DNA of 40,263 bases. Origin: a virus. Both the position numbers and the translations under genes were made by a program. This document shows positions 32,320-39,920 of this stretch, piece after piece. The stretch covers positions 1 through 40,263 of IMG/VR virus record IMGVR_UViG_3300045988_028614; one strand, given 5' to 3'. Within the stretch, counting starts at the first letter, position 1, and the number at the start of each line of letters is the position of its first letter. The notes beneath the pieces are model-generated. The model did not search any database and had not been told where the DNA came from. It saw nothing but the letters and a program-made list of their open reading frames with translations.

Positions 32320-33706
32320 ACAACAACTTCAATGTGAATTAGCGAGGCGTGAATTTTGGGAGTATTGCAAATTGTTATATCCTAGCTTTTATAAAGAAGA
32401 AAGAGGATATTTGAAAGAACTTTGTAATGCTCTCGAAGACTTTTATTATAATGATGATGAATATATGATAATTAATGCACCACCAAGACATGGAAAGTCA
32501 TTTACTGCGGGTAATTTTGTAGAATGGGTATTAGGACAAGATGCTACATTTAAGATTATGACAGGTTCATACAACGAAGATTTGTCTAAGACTTTCAGTA
32601 AAAAAGTAAGAACCACTATAGAAACTGAAAAGATAGGGGAAATGTTTGTATATAGCGATATCTTTCCTAATACTAAAATCAAATATGGTAGTGCAGAAGC
32701 TAAGAAGTGGCAAACTGATGCGAGTTCACAGATAAATTACTTGGCAACATCACCAACAGGGACTGCAACTGGATTTGGTGCTAATATGGAGGTTATAGAC
32801 GACCTTATAAAGTCAGATGAAGAAGCAAACAACGAAACTGTTTTAGAAAAACATTGGGATTGGTTCGTTAATACAATGCTATCAAGAAGAGAAGGTAAAA
32901 AGAAAGTCCTTATCATAATGACTAGATGGAGAACTAAGGATTTAGCGGGACGTATAATTGATATGCTAGAAGAGGAAGGGGCGAAATATACTCATATAAA
33001 CTTCAAGGCTAAGAATGGCGATAAGATGCTATGCGAAGATATATTTAGTTTGAAAGACTATAGTAAGGCTATGAAGATAATGAGTGAAGATACTTTTAAA
33101 GCTAACTATCAACAAGAACCTATGGATTTAAAAGGTGCTTTATATCAATACTTCTTAGAATATGATGAAATTCCTAAGGATATAAGAGCAATAGAGAATT
33201 ACACAGATACTGCTGACGAGGGTGCTGATAGCCTTTGTAGTATAAATTACGCAGTAGGACAAGACGGAAACGCCTATATACTAGATGTATTATTTACTAA
33301 AGAATCAATGGAAACTACAGAAAAGAAATGTGCTGAAATGATCACTAAGGATAATGTTAATTTTGCTAGAATAGAAAGTAATAATGGTGGTCGTGGATTT
33401 AGTAGAAACGTTGAGAGAATTGCTAAAACAGAGTATAATAATAGTATAACTATTTTTAAACCATTCCACCAAAGTGCTAATAAAGTTGCAAGAATACTAA
33501 CAGGAAGTACAGGTGTAATGAGAAATGTTTATTTCCCTAAAGGTTGGAAACTTATGTGGCGAGAGTTTTACGAAGAGTTACAAGGGTATCAGAGAGAGGG
33601 GAAGAATAAGCATGATGATGCACCTGATGCACTAACTGGAGTATATGAAATCTTAGAGAAGAAATATAAAAAGAAACGTAGCTTTAGTGCGAATAGAATT
33701 TTTTAG
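32309..33706 (+). CDS. terL: Terminase large subunit
   Basis: Walker A INAPPRHGKSF, Walker B-like MEVIDDL, and C-terminal nuclease acidic residues (NKHDDAPDAL). Confidence 0.9.
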   Translation: MNLRQQLQCELARREFWEYCKLLYPSFYKEERGYLKELCNALEDFYYNDDEYMIINAPPRHGKSFTAGNFVEWVLGQDATFKIMTGSYNEDLSKTFSKKVRTTIETEKIGEMFVYSDIFPNTKIKYGSAEAKKWQTDASSQINYLATSPTGTATGFGANMEVIDDLIKSDEEANNETVLEKHWDWFVNTMLSRREGKKKVLIIMTRWRTKDLAGRIIDMLEEEGAKYTHINFKAKNGDKMLCEDIFSLKDYSKAMKIMSEDTFKANYQQEPMDLKGALYQYFLEYDEIPKDIRAIENYTDTADEGADSLCSINYAVGQDGNAYILDVLFTKESMETTEKKCAEMITKDNVNFARIESNNGGRGFSRNVERIAKTEYNNSITIFKPFHQSANKVARILTGSTGVMRNVYFPKGWKLMWREFYEELQGYQREGKNKHDDAPDALTGVYEILEKKYKKKRSFSANRIF

Positions 33707-33717
33707 GAGGTATTGAG

Positions 33718-34296
33718 ATGGAATTTAAAGATTTAGTAGTAGGTAAAAAATATAAAGTAGTTTCGCAATTTTGGAGTGGTGCACCAAAAGGTGAAATAAT
33801 CCGAATAGTTACAAAGGGTTCTGATTGTTTTACTTATGAAAAACAAAAAGAAACTCAAAAAGGATTTTATTTCGTAATCGATAATTCCGAAGATTTACCA
33901 TTGCAAGAAAACAAAAATATTTCAAGTGTTAAAGAAATGGTAAACCACCCAAACCACTATAATAAAGGTAAATATGAAGTTATAGATGTTATAGAGGACT
34001 GGGGGCTTGGTTTTTCTTTAGGCAACGCTATAAAATACATTGCTAGATGCGAACACAAAGGGAATAAAAAGCAAGATTTAGAGAAAGCTATATTTTATAT
34101 TGAAAGAGTTTTTGATTCAGAAGATTACTTTACAAACCACATAATAACTATAGGTATAGATGAAGTTTTAAAAGATTGGAATTTATCTCCTATGTTAACA
34201 TTGGCAGTTTATGAGTTATTTATTGCTACAAGAGAAAAGCGAAAATTAGGAAAAGTTATAACTTTCATAAAAAAAGAACTAGAAAAGGAGGAATAA
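33718..34296 (+). CDS. DUF3310-domain protein with an N-terminal extension
   Basis: VNHPNHYNKGKYEVIDVIEDWGLGFSLGNAIKYIARCEHKGNKKQDLEKAIFYIE is the DUF3310 signature. Confidence 0.75.
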   Translation: MEFKDLVVGKKYKVVSQFWSGAPKGEIIRIVTKGSDCFTYEKQKETQKGFYFVIDNSEDLPLQENKNISSVKEMVNHPNHYNKGKYEVIDVIEDWGLGFSLGNAIKYIARCEHKGNKKQDLEKAIFYIERVFDSEDYFTNHIITIGIDEVLKDWNLSPMLTLAVYELFIATREKRKLGKVITFIKKELEKEE

Positions 34297-34297
34297 A

Positions 34298-35653
34298 ATG
34301 AAAACATTCCAAGACTTTCAAGCTAGTGGGGATAAAGCTTCTTTTATCCTCCAAGCTATACAGGAATTTAAAGGAACGAGTAAATATAACAACGCTATAG
34401 AAGCACAAGCGTATTATAGAGAAGAGAACACAAAGATTAAGAACCGTCTTAAATGGCTTTATGATAGTTTAGGAAGGCAAGTAGTAGATAAGTTTAAGGC
34501 TAATAATAAAATCGCTAATACACTATTTCCTAAGATAATTAAGCAAGAGGTTAGTTATCTATTAGCAAACGGGCTTATGACAGAAGAAAAAGTAAAAGAA
34601 GGTTTAGGGAAGAAATTCGATATTAAACTTAAAAGATGTGGAACTGCTGCGCTTGTAGATGGTGTTGGTTGGGGTTATTGTTTTATTAACTCTAAAGGAC
34701 AATTTGATATTGATATATGGAGAGGAACTGAATTTATACCACTAGAAGATGAAAGAACTGGTCAAGTTAGAGCAGGAATAAGATTCTGGCAAATAGACAC
34801 AGATAAACCTATGTGGATAGAACTGTATGAAGAGGATGGAAAGACAGAGTATAAGTGTGATAAAAATAAAATAGAGATAACAGAGCCTAAGAAGAATTAC
34901 ATTATCAAGACTGTTAAAGATGCTATAGAAGAGAGAGAAATCGGACAAGAAGGATTCAGTAGACTTCCGATATTCCCTTTATATGCAAATGATATAAGGA
35001 CATCTAGATTTACATTTGCTTTGAAACAAAAAATCGACTTATACGATATTGTTTATTCAGATTTCTCTAATAACTTTGAAGATAACGAGGATATATATTG
35101 GGCTTTAAAGAATTATAATGGAGAAGCGGGGGACTTTTTAAGTGATCTAAAGCAATATAAAATGATAAATGTTGATGAGGACGGAGACGCAACCCCTCAC
35201 ACTTTAGAAGTTCCATACCAAGCTAGAGAAACTATTCTAAATATGTTAAATAAATCGATATACTCTGATGCTATGGGACTTGATACCTCTGTATTAGCGG
35301 GTGGTAGTTTAACTAACGTTGCTATAAAAGCTAATATGTTGGACTTAGATTTAAAGACCGACGAATTTGAAACTGGTTGCTTAGATTTTTGCGATAATAT
35401 AATTCAGTTGTACTTAGAATATATCAAGAAACCTAACGAGAAATATTCTGTTAATTTTGTTAGGAATAGGTTAGTTGATGAAACAGAAGTAATTAATAAT
35501 ATAATTAATTCTGTTAGTGCTTCTATAATGAGTTTAGATACTGCTTTAAGAAGTCATCCTATGATAGATGATATTAAACTAGAAAAGCAACTGATAGATG
35601 AAGAAATTGCTGATAAATTTAAGTTAGAAGAGCCTAAAGAAGAGGTAGTGTAA
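34298..35653 (+). CDS. Portal protein (SPP1 gp6-like)
   Basis: 451 aa, positioned between terL and the MuF-like gene, with an acidic C-terminus. Confidence 0.8.
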   Translation: MKTFQDFQASGDKASFILQAIQEFKGTSKYNNAIEAQAYYREENTKIKNRLKWLYDSLGRQVVDKFKANNKIANTLFPKIIKQEVSYLLANGLMTEEKVKEGLGKKFDIKLKRCGTAALVDGVGWGYCFINSKGQFDIDIWRGTEFIPLEDERTGQVRAGIRFWQIDTDKPMWIELYEEDGKTEYKCDKNKIEITEPKKNYIIKTVKDAIEEREIGQEGFSRLPIFPLYANDIRTSRFTFALKQKIDLYDIVYSDFSNNFEDNEDIYWALKNYNGEAGDFLSDLKQYKMINVDEDGDATPHTLEVPYQARETILNMLNKSIYSDAMGLDTSVLAGGSLTNVAIKANMLDLDLKTDEFETGCLDFCDNIIQLYLEYIKKPNEKYSVNFVRNRLVDETEVINNIINSVSASIMSLDTALRSHPMIDDIKLEKQLIDEEIADKFKLEEPKEEVV

Positions 35654-35693
35654 TGCTATCTCTTTTCTTGTATAATTAAAGAGAGGTGATATT

Positions 35694-36593
35694 ATGGATA
35701 AAGCACATAAAGAAACTGATAAAATCCTTGCTAAGCTAGAAAAAAATATTGAAGAGTTATATTCTGATGCTTTAAGAGAATTAAAAAGTAAATTAAATAC
35801 CGTTATAAGTCGAATAGACACTACTAAAGACGCACAACAGATATATAATCAATTACAACAGAAAAAGCGTTTAGAAGCTCTTATAAGAGAAATGTCACTG
35901 GTTGTTAATAATGCCAATAAGGTCGCTATGGATATCATGAACGATGATATGATAGACATTTATTCTTTAAACTATAATTGGGGAGCTTATGAAGTAGAAA
36001 AGGCAGTTGCTAAAGATATAGGATATACTCTTTATAATAGAAACGCTATCAAGTTATTATTAAAAGAAGAGATAAACCCGTTTACCTTGATGGCTATTGA
36101 TGATTTAACAGATAAGACTACTTTGTATAAAGAATTAAAGAAAGCTCTTGCTAGTGGACTTCTACAAGGTGAGAGTATGCAGAAGATAGCTTCAAGAATT
36201 AAAAAAATAACTGAAAAGAACTATAATGATTCTCTTAGAATTGCTAGAACCGAAACGACTAGAATAGAGAATGTTGGCAGATTAGACAGTTATAAGTTTG
36301 CAGAAAAACAAGGATTAAAGATTCAAAAATCATGGTTAGCTACAATGGATAAGAGGACGAGAGAAACGCATCAGAGAGTTAATGGCGAGATAGTTGACTT
36401 GGATAAGCCTTTTAGTAATGGTTTAATGTACCCGGGCGACCCAAACGGTGGAGCAAGTGAAGTAATCCGCTGTAGATGTACTATGACTACTGAATTTATA
36501 GGTTTCGAAAAAGGAGAAAAAGAAAAAGAACTTGATGAAAAACTTAGAAAAATGAGTTTTGAAGAATGGCAAGAAAGGAAGAAAAAGAAATGA
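35694..36593 (+). CDS. Head morphogenesis protein (Mu F / SPP1 gp7-like)
   Basis: RIARTETTRIENVG...WLATMDKRTRETHQRVNGEIV...PGDPNGGASEVIRCRCT are family motifs. Confidence 0.85.
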   Translation: MDKAHKETDKILAKLEKNIEELYSDALRELKSKLNTVISRIDTTKDAQQIYNQLQQKKRLEALIREMSLVVNNANKVAMDIMNDDMIDIYSLNYNWGAYEVEKAVAKDIGYTLYNRNAIKLLLKEEINPFTLMAIDDLTDKTTLYKELKKALASGLLQGESMQKIASRIKKITEKNYNDSLRIARTETTRIENVGRLDSYKFAEKQGLKIQKSWLATMDKRTRETHQRVNGEIVDLDKPFSNGLMYPGDPNGGASEVIRCRCTMTTEFIGFEKGEKEKELDEKLRKMSFEEWQERKKKK

Positions 36594-36815
36594 AAATAAA
36601 GTTTGAAAACAACGCCAATGTATTCAAAAAAGAGATGGATAGCAAGGTTATAAAGTGCTTAAATGCAGTTGGTTTGAAAGCGGTTAGTATATGGCAAAAA
36701 GTTATCACCGCTAAGAAAGTCGTTGATACTGGAAGATTTAGGAATAGTGCTAATTATGCAGTTAAAACCCAAGATAAGAAGGTTGTCATAGGTTCTAATG
36801 TGGAATATGCTCCGT
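36590..36815 (+). CDS. HK97 gp10-like neck/tail-component protein, exon 1
   Basis: ATGA overlap with the MuF stop. VVDTGRFRNSANYAV...GSNVEYAPY. Unspliced reading gives SF then stop. Confidence 0.65.
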
Positions 36816-36890
36816 ATAGTTTTTAATGCGGCTTTATATGGTAACATATATCGAATAAAAGGGCAAAATCGGAAAAGGCTAAGTTGTTAA

Positions 36891-36920
36891 TTGACAAATA
36901 TCCCTCGAATGTGGTACAAT
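36891..36920 (+). promoter_or_regulatory. Promoter inside the intron for the HNH ORF
   Basis: TTGACA, 18-nt spacer, TGgTACAAT. Confidence 0.5.
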
Positions 36921-36937
36921 AAAAGAGAGGTGATAAC

Positions 36938-37561
36938 ATGAATAAAAATATTAAAAATTTAATTGGCATGAAATTTGGAAGATTAACAGTTCTAGGTTTA
37001 AGTGATAAGAAGAGCAGAAAAACTTATTGGGATTGTATATGTGATTGTGGAAATTTTAAAACAGCTAGAAGTGATTCTTTGCAAGATGGTTCAATTAAAA
37101 GTTGTGGTTGCTTAAAAAAAGAACAAGATAAATTAAATTTAAATCAAACTACTCATAACTTATCTAAAACAAGAATATATAAAACTTGGCAAGGTATGAA
37201 AAAACGTATTTTTAATCCGAACGATACAAGGTTTGCGAATTATGGAGGAAGAGGAATAAAAATATGTGATGAATGGCTTGATTTTGAAAAGTTTTATATG
37301 TGGTCTATTTCTAACGGTTATTCTAAAAACTTGACTATAGATAGAATAGACAATAACGGAAATTATGAACCTAATAATTGCCGATGGGTAGATATGAAAA
37401 CACAATCTAGAAACAGAAGTAGTAATATATTAATAACAATAGGCAACACCACAAAATGTTTAATTGAGTGGTGCGAATTATTCAACTTAAAATATACTAT
37501 GGTTCATGCTAGATATAAAAATAACGAAAATATAACTCTAGATGAATTATTCAAACAATAA
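36938..37561 (+). CDS. Intron-encoded HNH-type homing endonuclease
   Basis: 207 aa, RBS agagagg, paralogue of 21684..22307 (GRLTVL, CDCGN, KSCGCLKKE, GGRGIKICDEW, IDRIDNNGNYEPNNCRW, QSRN). Confidence 0.8.
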   Translation: MNKNIKNLIGMKFGRLTVLGLSDKKSRKTYWDCICDCGNFKTARSDSLQDGSIKSCGCLKKEQDKLNLNQTTHNLSKTRIYKTWQGMKKRIFNPNDTRFANYGGRGIKICDEWLDFEKFYMWSISNGYSKNLTIDRIDNNGNYEPNNCRWVDMKTQSRNRSSNILITIGNTTKCLIEWCELFNLKYTMVHARYKNNENITLDELFKQ

Positions 37562-37745
37562 GCTAATACCGAGGTAAAGCACATTTTAAAAGATGTGGCT
37601 CACCGTAGAGCGTAGGTGTTGAAACTTTTTAAAAGAATATAATACGCCCAAGAGTGTCCTTATTCCTTCTAGGAATGTGATGTACGCCGACCTTATAGGA
37701 AACTATAAGAAATAGAGGATAAAAAGCCTTTATGTTAACAAAGTG

Positions 37746-37855
37746 ATTTAGAAAATGGAACAAGTAGGCAACCCGCAAGACCAACGCTTAAACCTGCTAT
37801 AATGGATTACAGAGAAGATTACGAAAAGTTAATTGAACAAATACTAAAAGATTGA
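37746..37855 (+). CDS. HK97 gp10-like protein, exon 2
   Basis: at|tta gaa aat gga aca... translates to (Y)LENGTSRQPARPTLKPAIMDYREDYEKLIEQILKD then stop. It has no start codon or RBS of its own. Confidence 0.65.
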
Positions 37856-37880
37856 CAATGATAGTTAAGTTTGCTATAAT
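37852..37880 (+). promoter_or_regulatory. Conserved early promoter cassette, copy 7 (the -35 overlaps the gp10-like stop codon)
   Basis: TTGACAatgatagttaagtttgcTATAAT. Confidence 0.6.
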
Positions 37881-37886
37881 ATAATT

Positions 37887-37957
37887 GGACATGATAATTC
37901 TCCTTTGATAAATTATACTCACCCCTAAGACGAGAGGAAAAATTCCTCTCTTTTTTT
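37887..37957 (+). ncRNA. Candidate short transcript between promoter copy 7 and terminator 37932-37957
   Basis: Only a 5-codon mini-ORF (atgataattctcctttga). Contains ctcct (37900-37904), which is anti-SD-like. Ends in a strong terminator. The 5' end is inferred. Confidence 0.3.
37932..37957 (+). terminator. Rho-independent terminator
   Basis: gagagga (37932-37938) / tcctctc (37944-37950) plus ttttttt. Confidence 0.75.
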
Positions 37958-37966
37958 ATTTTATTA

Positions 37967-37994
37967 TTGACAATATAATTAAGTGTGTTATAAT
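37967..37994 (+). promoter_or_regulatory. Conserved early promoter cassette, copy 8
   Basis: TTGACAatataattaagtgtgtTATAATttagat. Confidence 0.7.
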
Positions 37995-38026
37995 TTAGAT
38001 ATAGTAAATATTTGGAGGTATTAATT

Positions 38027-38164
38027 ATGAAATGGAATTATAAAAAGTTTTTAAGAAATATGTTTTTTACAGTTGTAGCACCAATATTAGTCGTTGCTAT
38101 AGCTTTTATAGGAGCTTTAATAGCTGATTGGTTTTATAATTTACCTAATTGGTTTGGATTTTAG
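38027..38164 (+). CDS. 45-aa hydrophobic peptide (toxin-like or exclusion-like small membrane protein; not in the ORF track)
   Basis: RBS ggaggt 8 nt upstream; MKWNYKKFLRNMFFTVVAPILVVAIAFIGALIADWFYNLPNWFGF. It has its own promoter and terminator. Confidence 0.6.
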   Translation: MKWNYKKFLRNMFFTVVAPILVVAIAFIGALIADWFYNLPNWFGF

Positions 38165-38192
38165 GAAGGGGAGCAATCCTCTTCTTTTTTTT
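38165..38192 (+). terminator. Rho-independent terminator (GCAA loop)
   Basis: gaagggga-gcaa-tcctcttc followed by tttttttt. Confidence 0.75.
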
Positions 38193-38205
38193 GTTTTAAT
38201 CGCAT

Positions 38206-38232
38206 AAAAAAAGAGAAGGTCAACCCTCCTCT
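38206..38232 (-). terminator. Probable terminator of the minus-strand small gene
   Basis: On the minus strand, gaggagggttgaccttctc followed by ttttttt. The stem is imperfect. Confidence 0.45.
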
Positions 38233-38356
38233 AATAAACAAATATAATATCTCCTTCTATGCTGAATCTCATTCTTTTTCTTTGCAACTCTTTACAGATT
38301 TTTATTCTCTCCTTAAATCCATTGTAAGGAATAGCTTCACATATAAATCTACCCAT
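38231..38356 (-). CDS. 41-aa basic protein, the only convincing minus-strand gene (not in the ORF track)
   Basis: Minus-strand RBS aggaggt 7 nt before the ATG; MGRFICEAIPYNGFKERIKICKELQRKRMRFSIEGDIIFVY. Driven by minus-strand copy 9 of the conserved promoter. Confidence 0.55.
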   Translation of the reverse strand: MGRFICEAIPYNGFKERIKICKELQRKRMRFSIEGDIIFVY

Positions 38357-38387
38357 GATAATACCTCCTAAGAATATTTATAAGTTA

Positions 38388-38416
38388 ATTATACACTTAC
38401 TTAATTATTTTGTCAA
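38388..38416 (-). promoter_or_regulatory. Conserved early promoter cassette, copy 9 (minus strand)
   Basis: The reverse complement reads TTGACAaaataattaagtaagtgTATAATtaacttataaat. Confidence 0.65.
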
Positions 38417-38431
38417 TAAATAAAAAAATAC

Positions 38432-38461
38432 TTTACAAGTGTGTACCCACTATGTTATTAT
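38432..38461 (+). promoter_or_regulatory. Putative divergent promoter for the RHH-like gene and the VirE-like gene
   Basis: TTTACA (38432-38437), 18-nt spacer, TGtTATTAT (38453-38461). Confidence 0.4.
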
Positions 38462-38480
38462 TGTCTTGCGAGGTGATAAT

Positions 38481-38609
38481 ATGAAAAATCGTAAGAGAAG
38501 TAAACAAGTTAAATTCTACCTTACTGAAAAAGAGAAAAAAGCGTTTGATAATTGGAGAGGTGAAAAACCTATTCATATCGCTATAATGGAAATAGTTAAT
38601 GGTAAATAA
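38481..38609 (+). CDS. 42-aa CopG/MobC-like ribbon-helix-helix candidate (not in the ORF track)
   Basis: RBS gaggtg; MKNRKRSKQVKFYLTEKEKKAFDNWRGEKPIHIAIMEIVNGK. A basic tail, a beta-strand (VKFYL) and two short helices fit an RHH pattern. Confidence 0.45.
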   Translation: MKNRKRSKQVKFYLTEKEKKAFDNWRGEKPIHIAIMEIVNGK

Positions 38610-38622
38610 GGAGGATATTAAA

Positions 38623-39882
38623 ATGCAAAACACTAAAAAAGTTTTTTCAATTAATGATGTTAAAAATAAAAAGAGCAACGTTTCTCTTATACAATTTCCG
38701 GAGGTTAAATATTTAAAAGATGGCGGAACAGTTCCAATAAAGACAATGGCAAATTTAGAATATTTGTTAAATCATTATGGAATAAATCCAGTTATGAATA
38801 AGATAACTCATGAATTAACTTTACAAATGGAAGGCAGAAAGTTTAAAAAAAGAGGTGAGATGCTGACATTTGTATATGATTTACAAGTGAAAGAAGGTTT
38901 AAATCTTAATAGGGCGGTATGCGACGAATATTTAATTGATATAGCTAACAGAAAAGAAATAAATCCCTTTGTAGATATGTTGAAGAAGTATAGAAATGAT
39001 AATCACGATATAGTGCTTGATGTGTTTGAAAAGTGTTTAACGCTTCAAGATGATGCTTTAGAAGATGCAGAGTATTATTTCACTTTGTTTTATAAATGGC
39101 TTCTAAATGTTGTTAAAATGGCTCACAATGAGCTAGAAAACCGTTATAGTTCTAATGGAGTACTAACACTTCAAGGGGAACAGGGATGCCGTAAATCAAC
39201 GTTTGCACGTAAATTAATGCCGCTTAATGACTTGTTCAAAGATGGAGTATCTTTAGACCCTGATAAAACTGATAGCGTGATTCAAAATACTAAATATATT
39301 CTTGTTGAGTTAGCAGAATTAGATACAACTTTAAAAGCTGACCAAGGTAAAATTAAGCAGTTTTTAACTAATACAACTGATGAATATAGAGTTCCGTTTG
39401 GTCGTGTCGCTGAAATATATCCAAGGCTAACAAGTTATATTGCTAATGTTAATAAAAAAGATTTCTTAAAAGATGAAACAGGTTCAAGAAGGTTTTGGGT
39501 AATTCCTGTTAAATCTTGTAATATAGAAGAGTTTGACAATTTCAATATGTTTGAGTTTTGGGGCGCAGTATATGATATGTGGTTGACTAATTATAGTATT
39601 GATTGGTTGACCAAAGAGGAAGAAGCGAAACAAAAAATAATTAATAGACAATTCAATGCTCAAACAGATATATCAATCATATTAGATGACAAAGTAGACT
39701 GGGAAAGTAACGACTTGAGAGTGTACAAGCTTACAGAAATAGCTGAAAAGCTCAATATAAAAGAAAAGAAAGCACTTGCTAATGAGCTTATGAGGAGAGG
39801 AATACCTAACCAACCATATAAAGTTGATGGTAAATCAATCCGTGGTTACAAAATACCATTTATAAGAGATTACTGGGAATAA
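38623..39882 (+). CDS. VirE-family (virulence-associated protein E / primase-helicase C-terminal type) P-loop NTPase, putative replication helicase or initiator
   Basis: ATG 38623 with RBS aaggagg (the track starts at 38599). Walker A LTLQGEQGCRKSTF, Walker B ILVELAELD, and the family motif YRVPFGRVAEIYPRLTSYIANVNKKDFLKDETGSRRFWVIPV. Confidence 0.75.
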   Translation: MQNTKKVFSINDVKNKKSNVSLIQFPEVKYLKDGGTVPIKTMANLEYLLNHYGINPVMNKITHELTLQMEGRKFKKRGEMLTFVYDLQVKEGLNLNRAVCDEYLIDIANRKEINPFVDMLKKYRNDNHDIVLDVFEKCLTLQDDALEDAEYYFTLFYKWLLNVVKMAHNELENRYSSNGVLTLQGEQGCRKSTFARKLMPLNDLFKDGVSLDPDKTDSVIQNTKYILVELAELDTTLKADQGKIKQFLTNTTDEYRVPFGRVAEIYPRLTSYIANVNKKDFLKDETGSRRFWVIPVKSCNIEEFDNFNMFEFWGAVYDMWLTNYSIDWLTKEEEAKQKIINRQFNAQTDISIILDDKVDWESNDLRVYKLTEIAEKLNIKEKKALANELMRRGIPNQPYKVDGKSIRGYKIPFIRDYWE

Positions 39883-39886
39883 ATTA

Positions 39887-39914
39887 AGGCAGTATTTTTA
39901 CTGTCTTTTTTTTT
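39887..39914 (+). terminator. Rho-independent terminator
   Basis: aggcagta-tttt-tactgtct followed by ttttttttt. Confidence 0.75.
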
Positions 39915-39920
39915 ATTTTC

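Larger units (their letters stand above)
36816..37745 (+). mobile_element. Group I-like intron carrying an HNH homing-endonuclease ORF (boundaries plus or minus a few nt)
   Basis: U36815 precedes and G37745 ends the element. Splicing restores ...NVEYAPY|LENGTSRQPARPTLKPA..., the contiguous gp10-family motif. It shares blocks with intron 7307-7600 (gaataaa, gctaagtt, ataagcYaataccg, aggataaaRagcct) and shows compensatory changes in two hairpins. Confidence 0.7.
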
